Assembly: GCA_002633005.1 (NCBI GenBank)
Contig: NMRA01000500.1
Coordinates: 1 to 62,562, forward strand
Direction of reading: 5' to 3'
DNA length: 62,562 bases
Source of the DNA: Phoronis australis
Lineage: Eukaryota > Animalia > Phoronida
Shown: positions 10,703-23,467 of the stretch, one piece after another
Numbering within the stretch: position 1 is the stretch's first letter
Layout of the letters: each line of letters starts with the position of its first letter
Notes under the pieces: generated by a model
What the model was told of the DNA's origin: nothing
Seen by the model: only the letters and a program-made list of their open reading frames with translations
Databases searched by the model: none
Position numbers and translations under genes: made by a program

Positions 10703-13700
10703 NNNNNNNNNNNNNNNNNNNNNNNNNNNNNNNNNNNNNNNNNNNNNNNNNNNNNNNNNNNNNNNNNNNNNNNNNNNNNNNNNNNNNNNNNNNNNNNNNN
10801 NNNNNNNNNNNNNNNNNNNNNNNNNNNNNNNNNNNNNNNNNNNNNNNNNNNNNNNNNNNNNNNNNNNNNNNNNNNNNNNNNNNNNNNNNNNNNNNNNNNN
10901 NNNNNNNNNNNNNNNNNNNNNNNNNNNNNNNNNNNNNNNNNNNNNNNNNNNNNNNNNNNNNNNNNNNNNNNNNNNNNNNNNNNNNNNNNNNNNNNNNNNN
11001 NNNNNNNNNNNNNNNNNNNNNNNNNNNNNNNNNNNNNNNNNNNNNNNNNNNNNNNNNNNNNNNNNNNNNNNNNNNNNNNNNNNNNNNNNNNNNNNNNNNN
11101 NNNNNNNNNNNNNNNNNNNNNNNNNNNNNNNNNNNNNNNNNNNNNNNNNNNNNNNNNNNNNNNNNNNNNNNNNNNNNNNNNNNNNNNNNNNNNNNNNNNN
11201 NNNNNNNNNNNNNNNNNNNNNNNNNNNNNNNNNNNNNNNNNNNNNNNNNNNNNNNNNNNNNNNNNNNNNNNNNNNNNNNNNNNNNNNNNNNNNNNNNNNN
11301 NNNNNNNNNNNNNNNNNNNNNNNNNNNNNNNNNNNNNNNNNNNNNNNNNNNNNNNNNNNNNNNNNNNNNNNNNNNNNNNNNNNNNNNNNNNNNNNNNNNN
11401 NNNNNNNNNNNNNNNNNNNNNNNNNNNNNNNNNNNNNNNNNNNNNNNNNNNNNNNNNNNNNNAAAAGCGGAAGTTGCTCTTTATGTTTCGGAGGAACGTA
11501 AATTGTCAACATTGCCGGGGCATCTGGGATAGCGTGGTGGGATTTTCAATGGCGTCTCGTGTGATTGTAAACCGCGGCGACAAATACTACGGCTCTGCAG
11601 CCAAAAATATGTGGGTTGGGTGTGGACGGACGAGCTAAAAGGATGCAGACGCATGCTACTGATGGTGGTAACGTTTTTTTTTTTTTAGTCCTCCCGATTT
11701 TTGTCGGGGAAAGGTTCGACCATTTAAGGCTGGGTAGCGCGCATGATTTGGGCCGCAAAACTTTTCCGCGTTTTTTGTCAGACAGATCCTACTGGGGCTG
11801 TGGCCACAGAGAGGCAATTAAAATGTTTGCCCTTCTCTATATTATCTATCAAATTATGTGAATGACTTTTTTGAAATGTAAGTGCTGATGTGTTTTTAAT
11901 CAGAAAGGGATGGCACTTGCAGTATTTTGATTTCGGTAATGAAAATAACTCATACTCATTTAAATATAACACAATTTTTAGATGGTAATCCATTTTCGAG
12001 CAGTAGTTCTAAACCTCTATATTTACATTGTCTGAGTTTTGAAGTAATTTAAGAATCAGAATCAGAAATGTTTATTGTATGTAGGCCTTGAACTCATAAT
12101 ACAGTTTACGTTACAACTTTACTAGCAGAATTTGACTCTGGGTTTGTTTAAATGGTATCTATGCTTTGAGATTATGCGTGGATGGAGAGAGAATGGTTAA
12201 ATCCAGTAATTAACTTATTATATGATAACCACTAATCAGAACAAACGAAACCTATTGTTAATTAAAATACACTAACAATGAAGTAGAGTAAAGTACGCTA
12301 GTGCCCTCTGTAAGCATAACTTCAATCAAGTAACCAAAATTAATCAAACGTCTTATCTGCTATCCATGCTGTAGGACTTGATCATTGGATGACAGTCCTC
12401 TTGGTGAATCTTCAAACTAACACACACTGTACTGCGACTGTGTACTTGCTAGTCACAGTCCTTCATGACGCAACACTTGCAGGCAGTATCTTCTACCCAC
12501 GATTCCTCTTGCTGGTCACAGTCTCTCGTGATGCAGCTTTGCAGGTAGTATCTTCTACCCACGATGCAAGTGACAAGCTCTAACTTCCTATCTGTTAACC
12601 CTTGCCCTTGCCAAGATCCTCTTTAGAATTTTCCACGAGATAGTTCTGTTGTACAATTTCCTCTGTACACTGTAGCAAGTGTTATAGCTTTAATTACTAA
12701 ATCCCATCTGACTATTTTCCAAACGTCTGCCCAAATTATTATAACGTACTTACTTTACGATTAGCTAATAAAAACCACATGATCTTATCTAATCATATAA
12801 TTGGCTGTTTCTAGAATCTTTAGAGAAATCTCAGAAATTTCTAGAAACTTTAGAGTGCATTGACCCCAGAACCAAAGTGGTAAACATCATCTCAAAATAG
12901 ATGTTGATGTCCAAATTACATGTAGTTTGACCCCATGGTTTAAAAGTACATAAATATGCACAAATTTTGGACTACTTAAATGAACCATCTCTGCTATTCC
13001 GACATTTACATACAATAATAAAATTTCAGCTCTTAGCACTGTTGCTCTTGAAATACATAGCGTCAGGCTGATCAGTTTGCAAAGAATATGGCTTTGAGAT
13101 AATGTAACTACTCTGGCATCTGTCATATTCGTCAGCAAATTTCTGTGCACATCACCCCCAAGGACAGGGCAATGACACATAAAATGAAATGATTTGTGAA
13201 TATATTAAGTTGATATTAAAATTTAATATTTATTGGGTATAGTGGTCTAGTCAGACTCCTATCCCCAAAAGCTAAATTTCATGTTAAAGTTTGATGAGTG
13301 TTTTGATGGTGCTCACAAGGAGTAAAGTGTGATGCACGTGACCTGCAAAATTAACAGTTTTTAATCGAATCGTCTTTCTTTGTGTGTTCTTCAGTGAAAT
13401 GTCATATGGTAACAATTCCCGAATTTAGGACAGTCTCCCAAATTTTGGACACCTAAATCGAACCCCAAAACGGAATTTTTTTGATTCTGAAATTTGGAAC
13501 CCGATCGAATTTGGCATTCACCATATTTCGGACAGTGCGCTTTTTTTACAATATCGTGGGCTGAATGTAAATCTGGAAGTTCATCAAGTAACGGTGGTTA
13601 TTTACACATCGCTTAAAACTGCCGCTGTGGTGTAATATATTGACTGATGTTGCAGTCTGTGGTTATCAATGTGGATGGTTTGTGTATATCTCGCGCGTTT

Positions 13701-14489
13701 TCTTGGCAGTCGTAGTTACGGACTCAAAATATTTGCCACTCTTGATCGCGGTTTCACTATGCAAATAAAATGTGTGTTCTCCAACTTCTGCGTAATTGCC
13801 ACAGTGTCACCTCTGTATTTGGATTAACAGCTAATTCATAAGCACCGGTGGTCCGTTATGTTACCACGTCAGATCCCGGGTTCACGGCTTCGATTTTTTT
13901 CTGCGAACCTGTGGCCCTCCACCTTTGCTAAGCCATGCGCCCGAATCGCCAAAATGATGTTGTTCAGTGTCAAGTTAAAACAGACTTTGTGAAAATCAAA
14001 AATCCACGTCCTAGTTTGTCGTGCAGTATATGTTTAAAAAGTTCATGCTGTAAATGTATCTTTATGTCTCCCTTCTGAGACATTCTATTTACTAGCCTAT
14101 TTTGTATTCTATACGAAGTGTTTGGGCTCTTTTGCACCAAGGTTAAAAATTTTGAAACCATCTAAAACAGAGTGTGAACCTATTAATCTTTAGTCAAAGT
14201 TGCTCCATTTCCACCCGTCCCCAGTCCCTTTCATGGGTCGTTTGACCCATGGCGTGTGATTTGTAAAATGAAACCTGGACCTGTAGCAGAGATTGATCTA
14301 AATCCGCATACATGCAAAAAAGAAATTGAATTTATTCACGAGCAGACGGCACTGCTAATGGGCCGGAGTGAACATAGGACACATAAAGTTACAACAGCAG
14401 TAACAGGAATGCAAGGACCGCGATTTTCGGGACGAACCGTTTTTATATTAAAGCATAACTAGCTTGGAAGAAGCTAATGCCCTTGTAGC

Positions 14490-14736
14490 CAGCTACTTGA
14501 ACAGTCACTTGCGCATAGTGCAGCTACTTGAACAGTCACTTGCGCGTAGTGCAGCTACTTGAACAGTCACTTGCGCGTAGTGCAGCTACTTGAACAGTCA
14601 CTTGCTCATAGTGCAGCTACTTGATGTCAGTGAACGCGCATCACGTCGATGAACTTCAGTCACTTGCGCGTAGTGCAGCTACTTCAACAGTCACTTGCGC
14701 GTAATGCAGCTACTTGAACAGTCACTTGCGCGTAGT
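14490..14736. repeat. 31-bp minisatellite, interrupted, about 7 copies
   Basis: cagctacttgaacagtcacttgcgcgtagtg. Confidence 0.9.
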
Positions 14737-15255
14737 GGTGTTTTGCAGTTAGAACTACGTACTAGGCTCTACCTCGGTTAAATTGTGATCTGGCCTACTG
14801 CTGTGTTTTGGAATAACAATTCCAAATTTTTATTGATTGAATATACCCCATTCGCATAAAGCAACAGTTCTATAATTGTCAAATAAATGGCTGGATGCGT
14901 AATTGAGTTGAGACCACGGGGACCTTATTTACATGTGTCTCGTTGGCAGGAACGTTGTTTCGCTAAAGTCTGTTTGAGTGACAGGTTACTCATAGCTGTT
15001 CAAACTGTCTAAAACCACAACTCAAAAGGTTGTCAGCACCCAACCACATAAATTCTAAGGTTTCGGAAACTGTCGATTTTGCAGTCTTTTTCATGTTTCT
15101 TGAGTTTCGGATGGCTGTTATTGCTTAAAAATTAGGACAGGTTCAAAATATTTATTTTTTCACTGTTCTAAATTTGTGAATTTTTACTGTAATAATCATA
15201 GCAGTTCAGTGTATGTCTGCGAGGCTATGTAACTCAGATTGTATTTGGTTTGCAG

Positions 15256-15554
15256 GAGTATGGCTTCATTTGGTGCTGCTGTTTACTCAGATGGTAGCAT
15301 AAAACCAGGCACTAGCTTCCAGGGAATTCTTGGTAATGCTAACGTCTGGAACAAGATTCTGACTGAAACACCTGAGGTGACTAACCTTTTTAACAACCCC
15401 AAGTCAGCTGTTGCTGTGGACAGTAGAGTCAGCGGGTGGTATGGCATAAGCAGAAGTTCTGGCTGTGTCCAGACACCAAGGAGTGAAGTACGCGAATCTG
15501 TCTGTGCAAACCCAATCTTTGTCAATTACCCAGCATGCAACAGGATGGCCCCAG
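15256..15554 (+). CDS. Exon 10, C-terminal LamG/pentraxin-like part
   Basis: SMASFGAAVYSDGSIKPGTSFQGILGNANVWNKIL...CNRMAP; FxG-x-x-x-x-x-VW-x-x-x-L pattern; phase 2-1. Confidence 0.9.
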
Positions 15555-16435
15555 GTAAAGTGCTTGGTTGTTTTGGTTGTCAAGTATGTTCTGGTTTGTC
15601 ATTGTGGAAGGCATGGCCATAGGAGGGCTGCCAAATGTTATGGATTTACCTGGCTGTATCGTATGTACTTAAAGTGAATAGGTTTTCTTCAGCATCGCTG
15701 CTAAGCAGTAAGCATTGATTTATGAATGGATTAGGATGAATTAGTCCCAGACTGGTTCAGGCGTGCTCAGGCATTGGAGTAACAAAACCCCAAATGTTAT
15801 CGTAGGAGTTGTCTCATGTTTACTTCTTTTAAAAAATAATTGAAATGAAATAATTTAAGTTCCTGGCATTTTGAACTGCCAGATTGTCAAAGATTGAGAC
15901 AGAAAACTAATAAGTGACTGAAATATTTGAAATCGAAAGGTCCAACCAATAAGGTGTATCCGGATGATGATTTGCACAGTCAAGTGGTTTCCCTTTTGTG
16001 ATTGGTCAGTTGAATTTAATTTATGATTGACTCACCAATGAAAAATGTGCTTAGTTGGCTTTTCATATTGGAATATACATTGAAATGCATGTCAAGATGT
16101 CAAAAGCAGAATTTTGGATATGAATATTCCAAGGAAGAAGTCCACTACATTTCAAAAAATGAGAAAAAGAATTCACCACATTTTGTCTCGCTAAATTCAG
16201 CCCTGACAACTTGCGTGCCTAGTTTTACTGTATAACATCACCATGGATCAGAATTTATTTGTTTATTTATTGTTGTAGTATTTAAAATGAGGGTGCTTTC
16301 TTCAATGACAGCACTGCTTTTCGAGAGGGACCTTAACAACAGGATGTAATACAGTACAATATAGTAGTAAAACAATAACTAGATACAGGTTACAAAGCAA
16401 CAATTAAAACAGGTTGAGAATTTAGATAACAAATA

Positions 16436-17746
16436 CGGTAAAGTCGCGTGATTTTCGGACACTGAAAATTAATTCCAATAGAAAAAAATCTTTCTTGGAC
16501 GAATCTCGCGAAATATCATTTTGTGGTGTCCGAATTTGGCGGACCTCCAAATTTGGGTTTCCGCTAGTGTCCGAATTTCGTGGGTGTACATTATTTCGAT
16601 GAGCGGTCGTGGTATCAACAATGTTGGCTCGGTCATTTGATAGCAGTATAATTGCAGGTAAATGAGACTCAAATGGTCTGAGCGATTAATTTTTGAAAAT
16701 CTGGCTTTCCCAATAAGAAATGTGCGNNNNNNNNNNNNNNNNNNNNNNNNNNNNNNNNNNNNNNNNNNNNNNNNNNNNNNNNNNNNNNNNNNNNNNNNNN
16801 NNNNNNNNNNNNNNNNNNNNNNNNNNNNNNNNNNNNNNNNNNNNNNNNNNNNNNNNNNNNNNNNNNNNNNNNNNNNNNNNNNNNNNNNNNNNNNNNNNNN
16901 NNNNNNNNNNNNNNNNNNNNNNNNNNNNNNNNNNNNNNNNNNNNNNNNNNNNNNNNNNNNNNNNNNNNNNNNNNNNNNNNNNNNNNNNNNNNNNNNNNNN
17001 NNNNNNNNNNNNNNNNNNNNNNNNNNNNNNNNNNNNNNNNNNNNNNNNNNNNNNNNNNNNNNNNNNNNNNNNNNNNNNNNNNNNNNNNNNNNNNNNNNNN
17101 NNNNNNNNNNNNNNNNNNNNNNNNNNNNNNNNNNNNNNNNNNNNNNNNNNNNNNNNNNNNNNNNNNNNNNNNNNNNNNNNNNNNNNNNNNNNNNNNNNNN
17201 NNNNNNNNNNNNNNNNNNNNNNNNNNNNNNNNNNNNNNNNNNNNNNNNNNNNNNNNNNNNNNNNNNNNNNNNNNNNNNNNNNNNNNNNNNNNNNNNNNNN
17301 NNNNNNNNNNNNNNNNNNNNNNNNNNNNNNNNNNNNNNNNNNNNNNNNNNNNNNNNNNNNNNNNNNNNNNNNNNNNNNNNNNNNNNNNNNNNNNNNNNNN
17401 NNNNNNNNNNNNNNNNNNNNNNNNNNNNNNNNNNNNNNNNNNNNNNNNNNNNNNNNNNNNNNNNNNNNNNNNNNNNNNNNNNNNNNNNNNNNNNNNNNNN
17501 NNNNNNNNNNNNNNNNNNAGTGACACGGGAGTTGCGTCGATCCCAAATTAGCGTTTCTAAAATTTTCCTTGTCCGAAAGTCGCGGGGCAAAAATCCGACG
17601 TTTATGACATTGTCCGAAGTTCGAAGGTCATTAAAAAACAGTTTTTGGACCTTGTACGAATTTCGTGGACTATGAAAAACTCATTTCGGAAATATTTATT
17701 CTTGGTCGAAAATGGCGGGCCGTCCGAAAATCATGCGACTTTACCG
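16436..17746. mobile_element. Non-autonomous TIR element (Tc1/mariner/pogo-like MITE) spanning a gap
   Basis: 25-bp TIR cggtaaagtcgc(g/a)tgattttcggac with 1 mismatch; TA on both sides. Confidence 0.85.
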
Positions 17747-19090
17747 TAAATAAATGACAAAGGATGATGAAATTAGACTAAGAGACATGAAATTAAATTA
17801 AAATATAACAGTGAAATTCTGTACAGTAATGAAAAATGATAATTAAGGCAGGTATAGAAGGGGTAAATAAATTATAGCCACTTATTATTATTAAGTTTGA
17901 AAGCTTTAATTGAATCTGAATAAAGACAACTTTTCTAAAATGTAGCGACATGTTTCAGCTGTAAAACATCCCCCATTGTCAAGCTTTATTCAGAGAATTG
18001 ATTCCAGGATGGCAACAGGAACAATACGCAGAAAATTCCGAAATGCGCCAAAATACCAGAACAAGATTAGCTGGCAATCAGCGAATCACAACTCAATATA
18101 TCAGTGTCAACGACTTCTGGGAAGCCTGTGCATTGAGTGAGGGCATTTCCAAATATCGAATGTGAATGGCTTCATGCAGTTTCAAGCGATAACGTTTAGT
18201 TATTACTGTTAATAATCATGAAGCAGCATTGTTTGTGTCTAAATTATGTAAATTCTTATCGCTAACTAGGTGTTCTGTCATCATTGTACATGTTATTGTA
18301 CACTACATGGGATTTTAGAGCGCCAAGTAAACTTGATAAGATTCGTTTTATTCAAAAATCCCTTGTAGTGTATAAATTTGATTGTAGTTTTTGTTAAGCT
18401 ACCAGTATTGGAGTGAGACAACTCGCCACTTGGTTACAAGGATAAGGAAGACCTAGTGAGCTATAAGAATTCACATATCTTTAGACAATTGGAAAACAAT
18501 GCTGCTTGTAGGGAGGCCACTGGGGAACGTAGCTTTACGATTAATGACAGTGATGTTAGTTGCTATTGCTGCGTGAACACATTGGGTGTTCGGAAACCCC
18601 CTCACCCAATGCACAGGTTTCCCATGAGAAACATGCCGCTACATTTTAGAAAAGTTATGGTCTTTATTCAAACTGTAATTGAGTTCATCGGTGCGAGATC
18701 TTTTGGTAGAGTTAATTGAAACGTACCATTTAATTTCTGGGCTAAAAGAGTTAAGAGAAAATAAATCAAGATTTGCAGGGTCATGGTGCAGAGAAATCAA
18801 CCATGCCAACTGCAAAATGTGGAAGTTGAATGACCTGACTTTGTAATGTCACTGTATCTTGATTTGAATTGAAATTTGTAAATTATGGATTTTTCATAAA
18901 AAATTACTTATTATCGGCTGAATAGGTTGGCAGCATTGCCATGTGCTCTTGTTTATTAAATGTTAATTTTAACCATGACAAACAGTAACATGATGTTGGC
19001 AAAGAATGAATTAAACATTTTAAGACATGTCAGCTGTCATTGTGTATGTGTAGCAATGTAGTTATTGCAAATCCTTTCTTAGGCAAGTAT

Positions 19091-19185
19091 TAATCTGTTT
19101 GTGGTCTATGTGTCAGGTAATAATCTGTTTGTTGTCTATGTGTCAGGTAATAATCTGTTTGTGGTCTATGTGTCAGGTAATAATC
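19091..19185. repeat. 30-bp tandem repeat x3
   Basis: taatctgtttgtggtctatgtgtcaggtaa. Confidence 0.9.
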
Positions 19186-20263
19186 AAGCTGATTCAAAAT
19201 TGTGACCTGAGTAGTTATATGGCATGTTTATATTGGGCTTTTTAGGAAACATATTGCATAGTAGAACCTATGATATTCTCAGTCAAGTGGATGTTGTGAA
19301 TCATTGATATTTGAAGGTAATATTTGTAATATTTCCATCCAGGTTTCTCACTAGGTGAGTATGGATTGCTCTAGTAACTCCTCATAGAATTAGCTACACC
19401 TTGCTATGCATGTGTGTGTTAGTATTATGGACACGCTACACATATAACACAGTAAATGGCACTATTTCTTCTTTGTTATGATCCTAATTAGACTCTGCTA
19501 ATGTTTCAAGTTACTGCCTTCATATTCCTCTCCCATTAATGGGTTGATTGCTCCACATTTTATCTCGCGAGTAATTCATTTCATGTCATAAAAATTTGGC
19601 ACTTATAAAATACTGTGAAAGACCAAATGAGCGCTTTCCATACCTTTGTGCAGAGCTAAACGAACAACCATAATTCTGTATGGTTATACATAGCACAATT
19701 TGATGCAGTGTTGAACTGACCTCAACCTCACTGTTCTACAATGGATTAAAGATGCCTGAAATGTATTAAACTTGTCATCTACCCTATGAACATTGCATTC
19801 TTAGCTTTGTAACGCCTGTTTGTTTTCTCCAGCTCTTATATGTGTTGTACTAATTGACTAAGTTTGATTATTTTTCTTTCTAGTTTGCTATTTAAACTTT
19901 AGCTCACACCTCTCTTGACAAATAAAGCATTTTTTAAATTAAAATTGGAACCTGTTACTTGAATATATTTTATTGAGTGATTGGCTTTATATTAATGTGA
20001 CTTTTGCTTATTGAGAACATTGTGTGGTTTGCAGTTGTCAGATAAAGACACTTTGGCATAGACATGAGTTATGCATTCTTGGGCGTACACATGTTAAGGT
20101 ATATAGCTTGGGATAAGGATTTATTTTGTCAATGAGTATTGTTGCAGTATTATCAAATTTAGATTTCACCTAATTGTTTTGAAATTAATTGGGAATTCCA
20201 GGGTAGCATTTGGTTGTTTCTCATCCTGAAATATGAATTCGCTCTAACTTCATGTTTCCCCAG

Positions 20264-20401
20264 ACACAACTCCACCAAAGGTCAAGTATTGTCCTTCTGA
20301 CATTACTCGAATACAGAATCAAAGATTTTCTGTTCATCAGTGGGACGAACCTCAATTTGAAGATGATTCCAAGATTCAAGTATTTAGAAATCGAATACCA
20401 G
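20264..20401 (+). CDS. Exon 11, HYR domain N-half
   Basis: DTTPPKVKYCPSDITRIQNQRFSVHQWDEPQFEDDSKIQVFRNRIPG; DxxPP..CP..WxEP HYR motif; phase 1-1. Confidence 0.92.
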
Positions 20402-21330
20402 GTAAAGGATTAATGTTTTAAGCCATGATAATAAATATTAATGAACAGAACACAGTGGAAGGCAACTAGGGGGTATGAAATCATTGTATTGAGTGTTTAT
20501 GGTAAGGGATCTGTTGTAATTATTGTATGGTACGTGTTTTAGAAATGTTAACTGAACTTTATCCTAAATTTTTGTATGTAATTTTTGAAAAAGTGATACA
20601 TTTGAACCTTGTCAAAGTACATATTTAACAAAAAGGACAATTTTAGTTGAACCATGTCAATTTTCTACAATCGTTTAATAGTTTCCTGTTAACACATTTG
20701 ACTTCCCTTGAGCTGGGTGAAGGCAGCCAGTTGTTATAGTACAAGTTCTACCAAGGGCAGCATGCTCTTGATCAACTGTGTGTCTGCAAACCAGTCACTT
20801 GTGTCAAGACAGAAGTGATCAGAAGAAATTCCCTCTGTGCATATCATGGGAGGAAAATGTACGAGATAAAATAAACTGATGAGAATTTCTTCCTCCATTT
20901 TTGGCTTGGAGGGGTATCTAGCATAGTGGTTTAGAATTTTGAAGAAGGTTGTATGTAAATCATCCCATATATAGGTCACACATAATAATCCTTTTGAAAT
21001 TGACCTACAAAGTCACTGAAAGTAGTTCTTTGTGAACCCTGCTCTTATTTTACAACTGTCACAGTTGGACTGTGTAAGTAAACCCAGCTTAACAATGACT
21101 TTATGGTTCTGGCTGAGAACATAATTGTTTTATTAGCCCCATTGGGTTTTGAATAGAAGAGCCTGGTATATTTTTGGCACAGCATACAGTGTAATTGTCT
21201 TGGGGCAAATTAATCCATTGCACACTACATCAAAGGAGTGTATATTAAGTTCTCACCTCAACAGTTAATTTTTTGTCTACCCGAGCTTTTTGATCACTTA
21301 TTTATTTAATTCTTGTTACTACCATTTCAG

Positions 21331-21435
21331 GAACATCTTTGTTCTTACGTAACACGCGGAAATACTCCATCAAGTATGTTGCACAGGATGCCTTCTTAAA
21401 CACAGCCAGGTGCAAGTTTAAGTTGTATCTCAGAT
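21331..21435 (+). CDS. Exon 12, HYR domain C-half
   Basis: GTSLFLRNTRKYSIKYVAQDAFLNTARCKFKLYLR; YxAxD..N.A.C.F motif; phase 1-1. Confidence 0.92.
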
Positions 21436-21456
21436 GTAAGTAACTTGTTTGTTACT

Positions 21457-21720
21457 GAAGACAGTGTGTCCTAGTGGGATAATTGTTGCTTCCTTCGCTC
21501 AAGATTGTGGGTTCGAGTATACCTCTAGACACTAGAGTCAGGTCTCCCAACTCCTCAGCTCGGTCATAACTAGTACATACTTGAGCATTACTACATAATA
21601 ATGTATAAAAGTGGTTCCAAGCCATCAGTGCAATGGCCCCACCTGAGCAGCCTGTGCACGTCTGCTACATGTACCTGCACACGTCTGCTACATGTACCAG
21701 GCGGCTTGAAGTTATTTTTT
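21457..21720 (+). mobile_element. tRNA-derived SINE, diverged copy
   Basis: A-box-like tgtcctagtggg, B-box ggttcgagtat, shared atcagtgcaatgg(c/g)cccac body. Confidence 0.7.
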
Positions 21721-22029
21721 AAAATTTGTTTGTAACAGCCTCATACCTTTGTTGACATAAACTATAAACATACAATTAATGATACAGTGTGGGGACACTT
21801 GTTGTTACTCTCTTGTACTGTTGCTCAAAATAACCTCGTGGCCTACTAAGAAATGAACAATAGTCATCCTCTTCAGCCTGTCATTTGATGGGAAGGTCTG
21901 AGAATATTTTGTGTAGTTGAGATGTATTTGTTGTTCATGTTTTGGGCTGTAAGTTACTTGAAGTGTCAGGTGAGGTTTTGTTACATATTGTAAATAAAAT
22001 GAACTAGTAATCTTTTTCTCTGATTTCAG

Positions 22030-22279
22030 CTGGTTGCAGTGGATACACTATTTCTAATGTATGTTACACTCTGTCCAACAATGAAGCAACGTACAAGAAG
22101 GCATTGGATATGTGCTCCAGGCTCTTTGGAATATTGGCTAACCCTGTTGAATCAGGACAGGAATCTCTGCGAGAATATTTAGTTAAAAAGTACATGGGTT
22201 TGGTTATGTTAGGCCCAAGTGACCAGAAGAAAGAGGGAAAATTTGTCCAACCAAATGGTTTTGATTCCAATGTTGGCAC
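22030..22279 (+). CDS. Exon 13, C-type lectin-like domain N-part
   Basis: SGCSGYTISNVCYTLSNNEATYKKALDMCSRLFGILANP...MLGPSDQKKEGKFVQPNG; CY..A...C....LA and G.SD...EG.F motifs; phase 1-2. Confidence 0.88.
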
Positions 22280-22409
22280 GTAAGTCATGGCTATATCGCA
22301 GTTTTACCTATGTCAAGGCCCTAGCTTTTATGTAAAAAACTTTGTTACTTTTAGAAGTTTACTCAGTTTGCGGGTGACAGGCAATCCATTCATGCCCATA
22401 ACTACACCT

Positions 22410-22656
22410 GGGGCCCTTTCCAAGAAACCACTTAAGTTTGTTTTTGATTTAAGTCTAAGATTTGTCTCAACTTTCAAACTTTGAAACTTCCACATCCAGT
22501 AAGTTAGTTAAACTTAAGACAAAACTTGAGTCAAAAGCTTAAGTCAAAAGCTTAAGTCAAACTTAAGATCACTTTCTTCGAATTGAAGTTTTATGTTAAA
22601 GCTGAATTAAATTTAAGATTTGTCTTAGTTGAATCAGTTTTCTTGGAACCATCCCC
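22410..22656. mobile_element. Small degenerate MITE
   Basis: Imperfect TIR gggg....ttccaagaaa / tttcttggaa....cccc; internal cttaagt repeats. Confidence 0.45.
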
Positions 22657-23261
22657 TTGAATCTTCGCTAACCTCTATTTCCAATGGCTGGTTCATAGGT
22701 AACGAGTCGATTGTGTTGTGTCCTGGGCAGAATTGATGAAGTGATGTACCAGCTATGGATTGGTCTCTACACATTAGGCCAGATTTGTTTCCAATCTGTT
22801 TATGGTCTTCAATGACTCTGAGGATATCAACAGTTTTAGAAGGAAGCCAATTGGTGGATTTGTCTTAAACAAACTTACCAGTTGGGATATGATAACTATG
22901 GGGTTCTTTCTGTGCTAGTATTTTATAGTCAAATCCAGGACTGTGATGTGCTTTCTTTTAGTAAAATCAAATGTCAATTCTGTGTTACCTAGTTATAATT
23001 CTTTGGTGAGCAACAGCTTGAAAAACGTGACAAAATCATACTCTTCAGACTAATTATTTGGCAATATACAGTCATTTTCTGTGTAACCCTATCGACTGTA
23101 ATGAACTCTAAAGATATTTTACTTACTTAACAGTTTCTTAGTTTTTTTATGTCTTGACATATTCATCTTCACTCTGCTTTTTGAGGTTTTTAATCATAAA
23201 TGCCTATCCTTGAAAGTTAAAAGGAGAAAATAAAATTTGTGAACTATGTTTTTCATTAAAG

Positions 23262-23380
23262 GGTGATAGGAAATACAGAATCCAAGGACTGTGTGGCTGT
23301 GGAGCCATCTAGTGGCAACATCACTGCTGTGGACTGTAAGGAAAAGAGGCGTTTTCTCTGTCAGCGTGTCATCGAGGATG
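23262..23380 (+). CDS. Exon 14, C-type lectin-like domain C-part
   Basis: VIGNTESKDCVAVEPSSGNITAVDCKEKRRFLCQRVIED; DCV...C....FLC; AAG acceptor; phase 2-1. Confidence 0.82.
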
Positions 23381-23467
23381 GTCAGTGTATCTAGTGTGAT
23401 GTCCTTTTGTTGCTCAGAATTCTATAAAGAGCCTGTAATCTTCATGAGTTGTTGCAGCTGCAGAAAA

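Larger units (their letters stand above)
8378..11518. other. Assembly duplication: 8378-9716 versus 9718-11518
   Basis: Shared sequence at both ends, joined by the single N at 9717. Confidence 0.85.

Noticed and set aside
12053-12886. Possible solo LTR or LINE tail (gaatcagaatcagaaatgtttattg)
   Set aside because: No clean TG..CA ends with a TSD and no coding remnant; too weak to call.
13400-15150. CpG-richer intronic block, possibly an old DNA transposon or a regulatory island
   Set aside because: No paired termini or recognisable coding remnant could be identified.
10656-17675. Long ORFs in the track spanning N runs
   Set aside because: Artefacts of translating gaps as X.
23303-23317. CTCF-like word (gccatctagtggca) inside exon 14
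   Set aside because: Explained by the codons for EPSSG; a single instance with no independent support.
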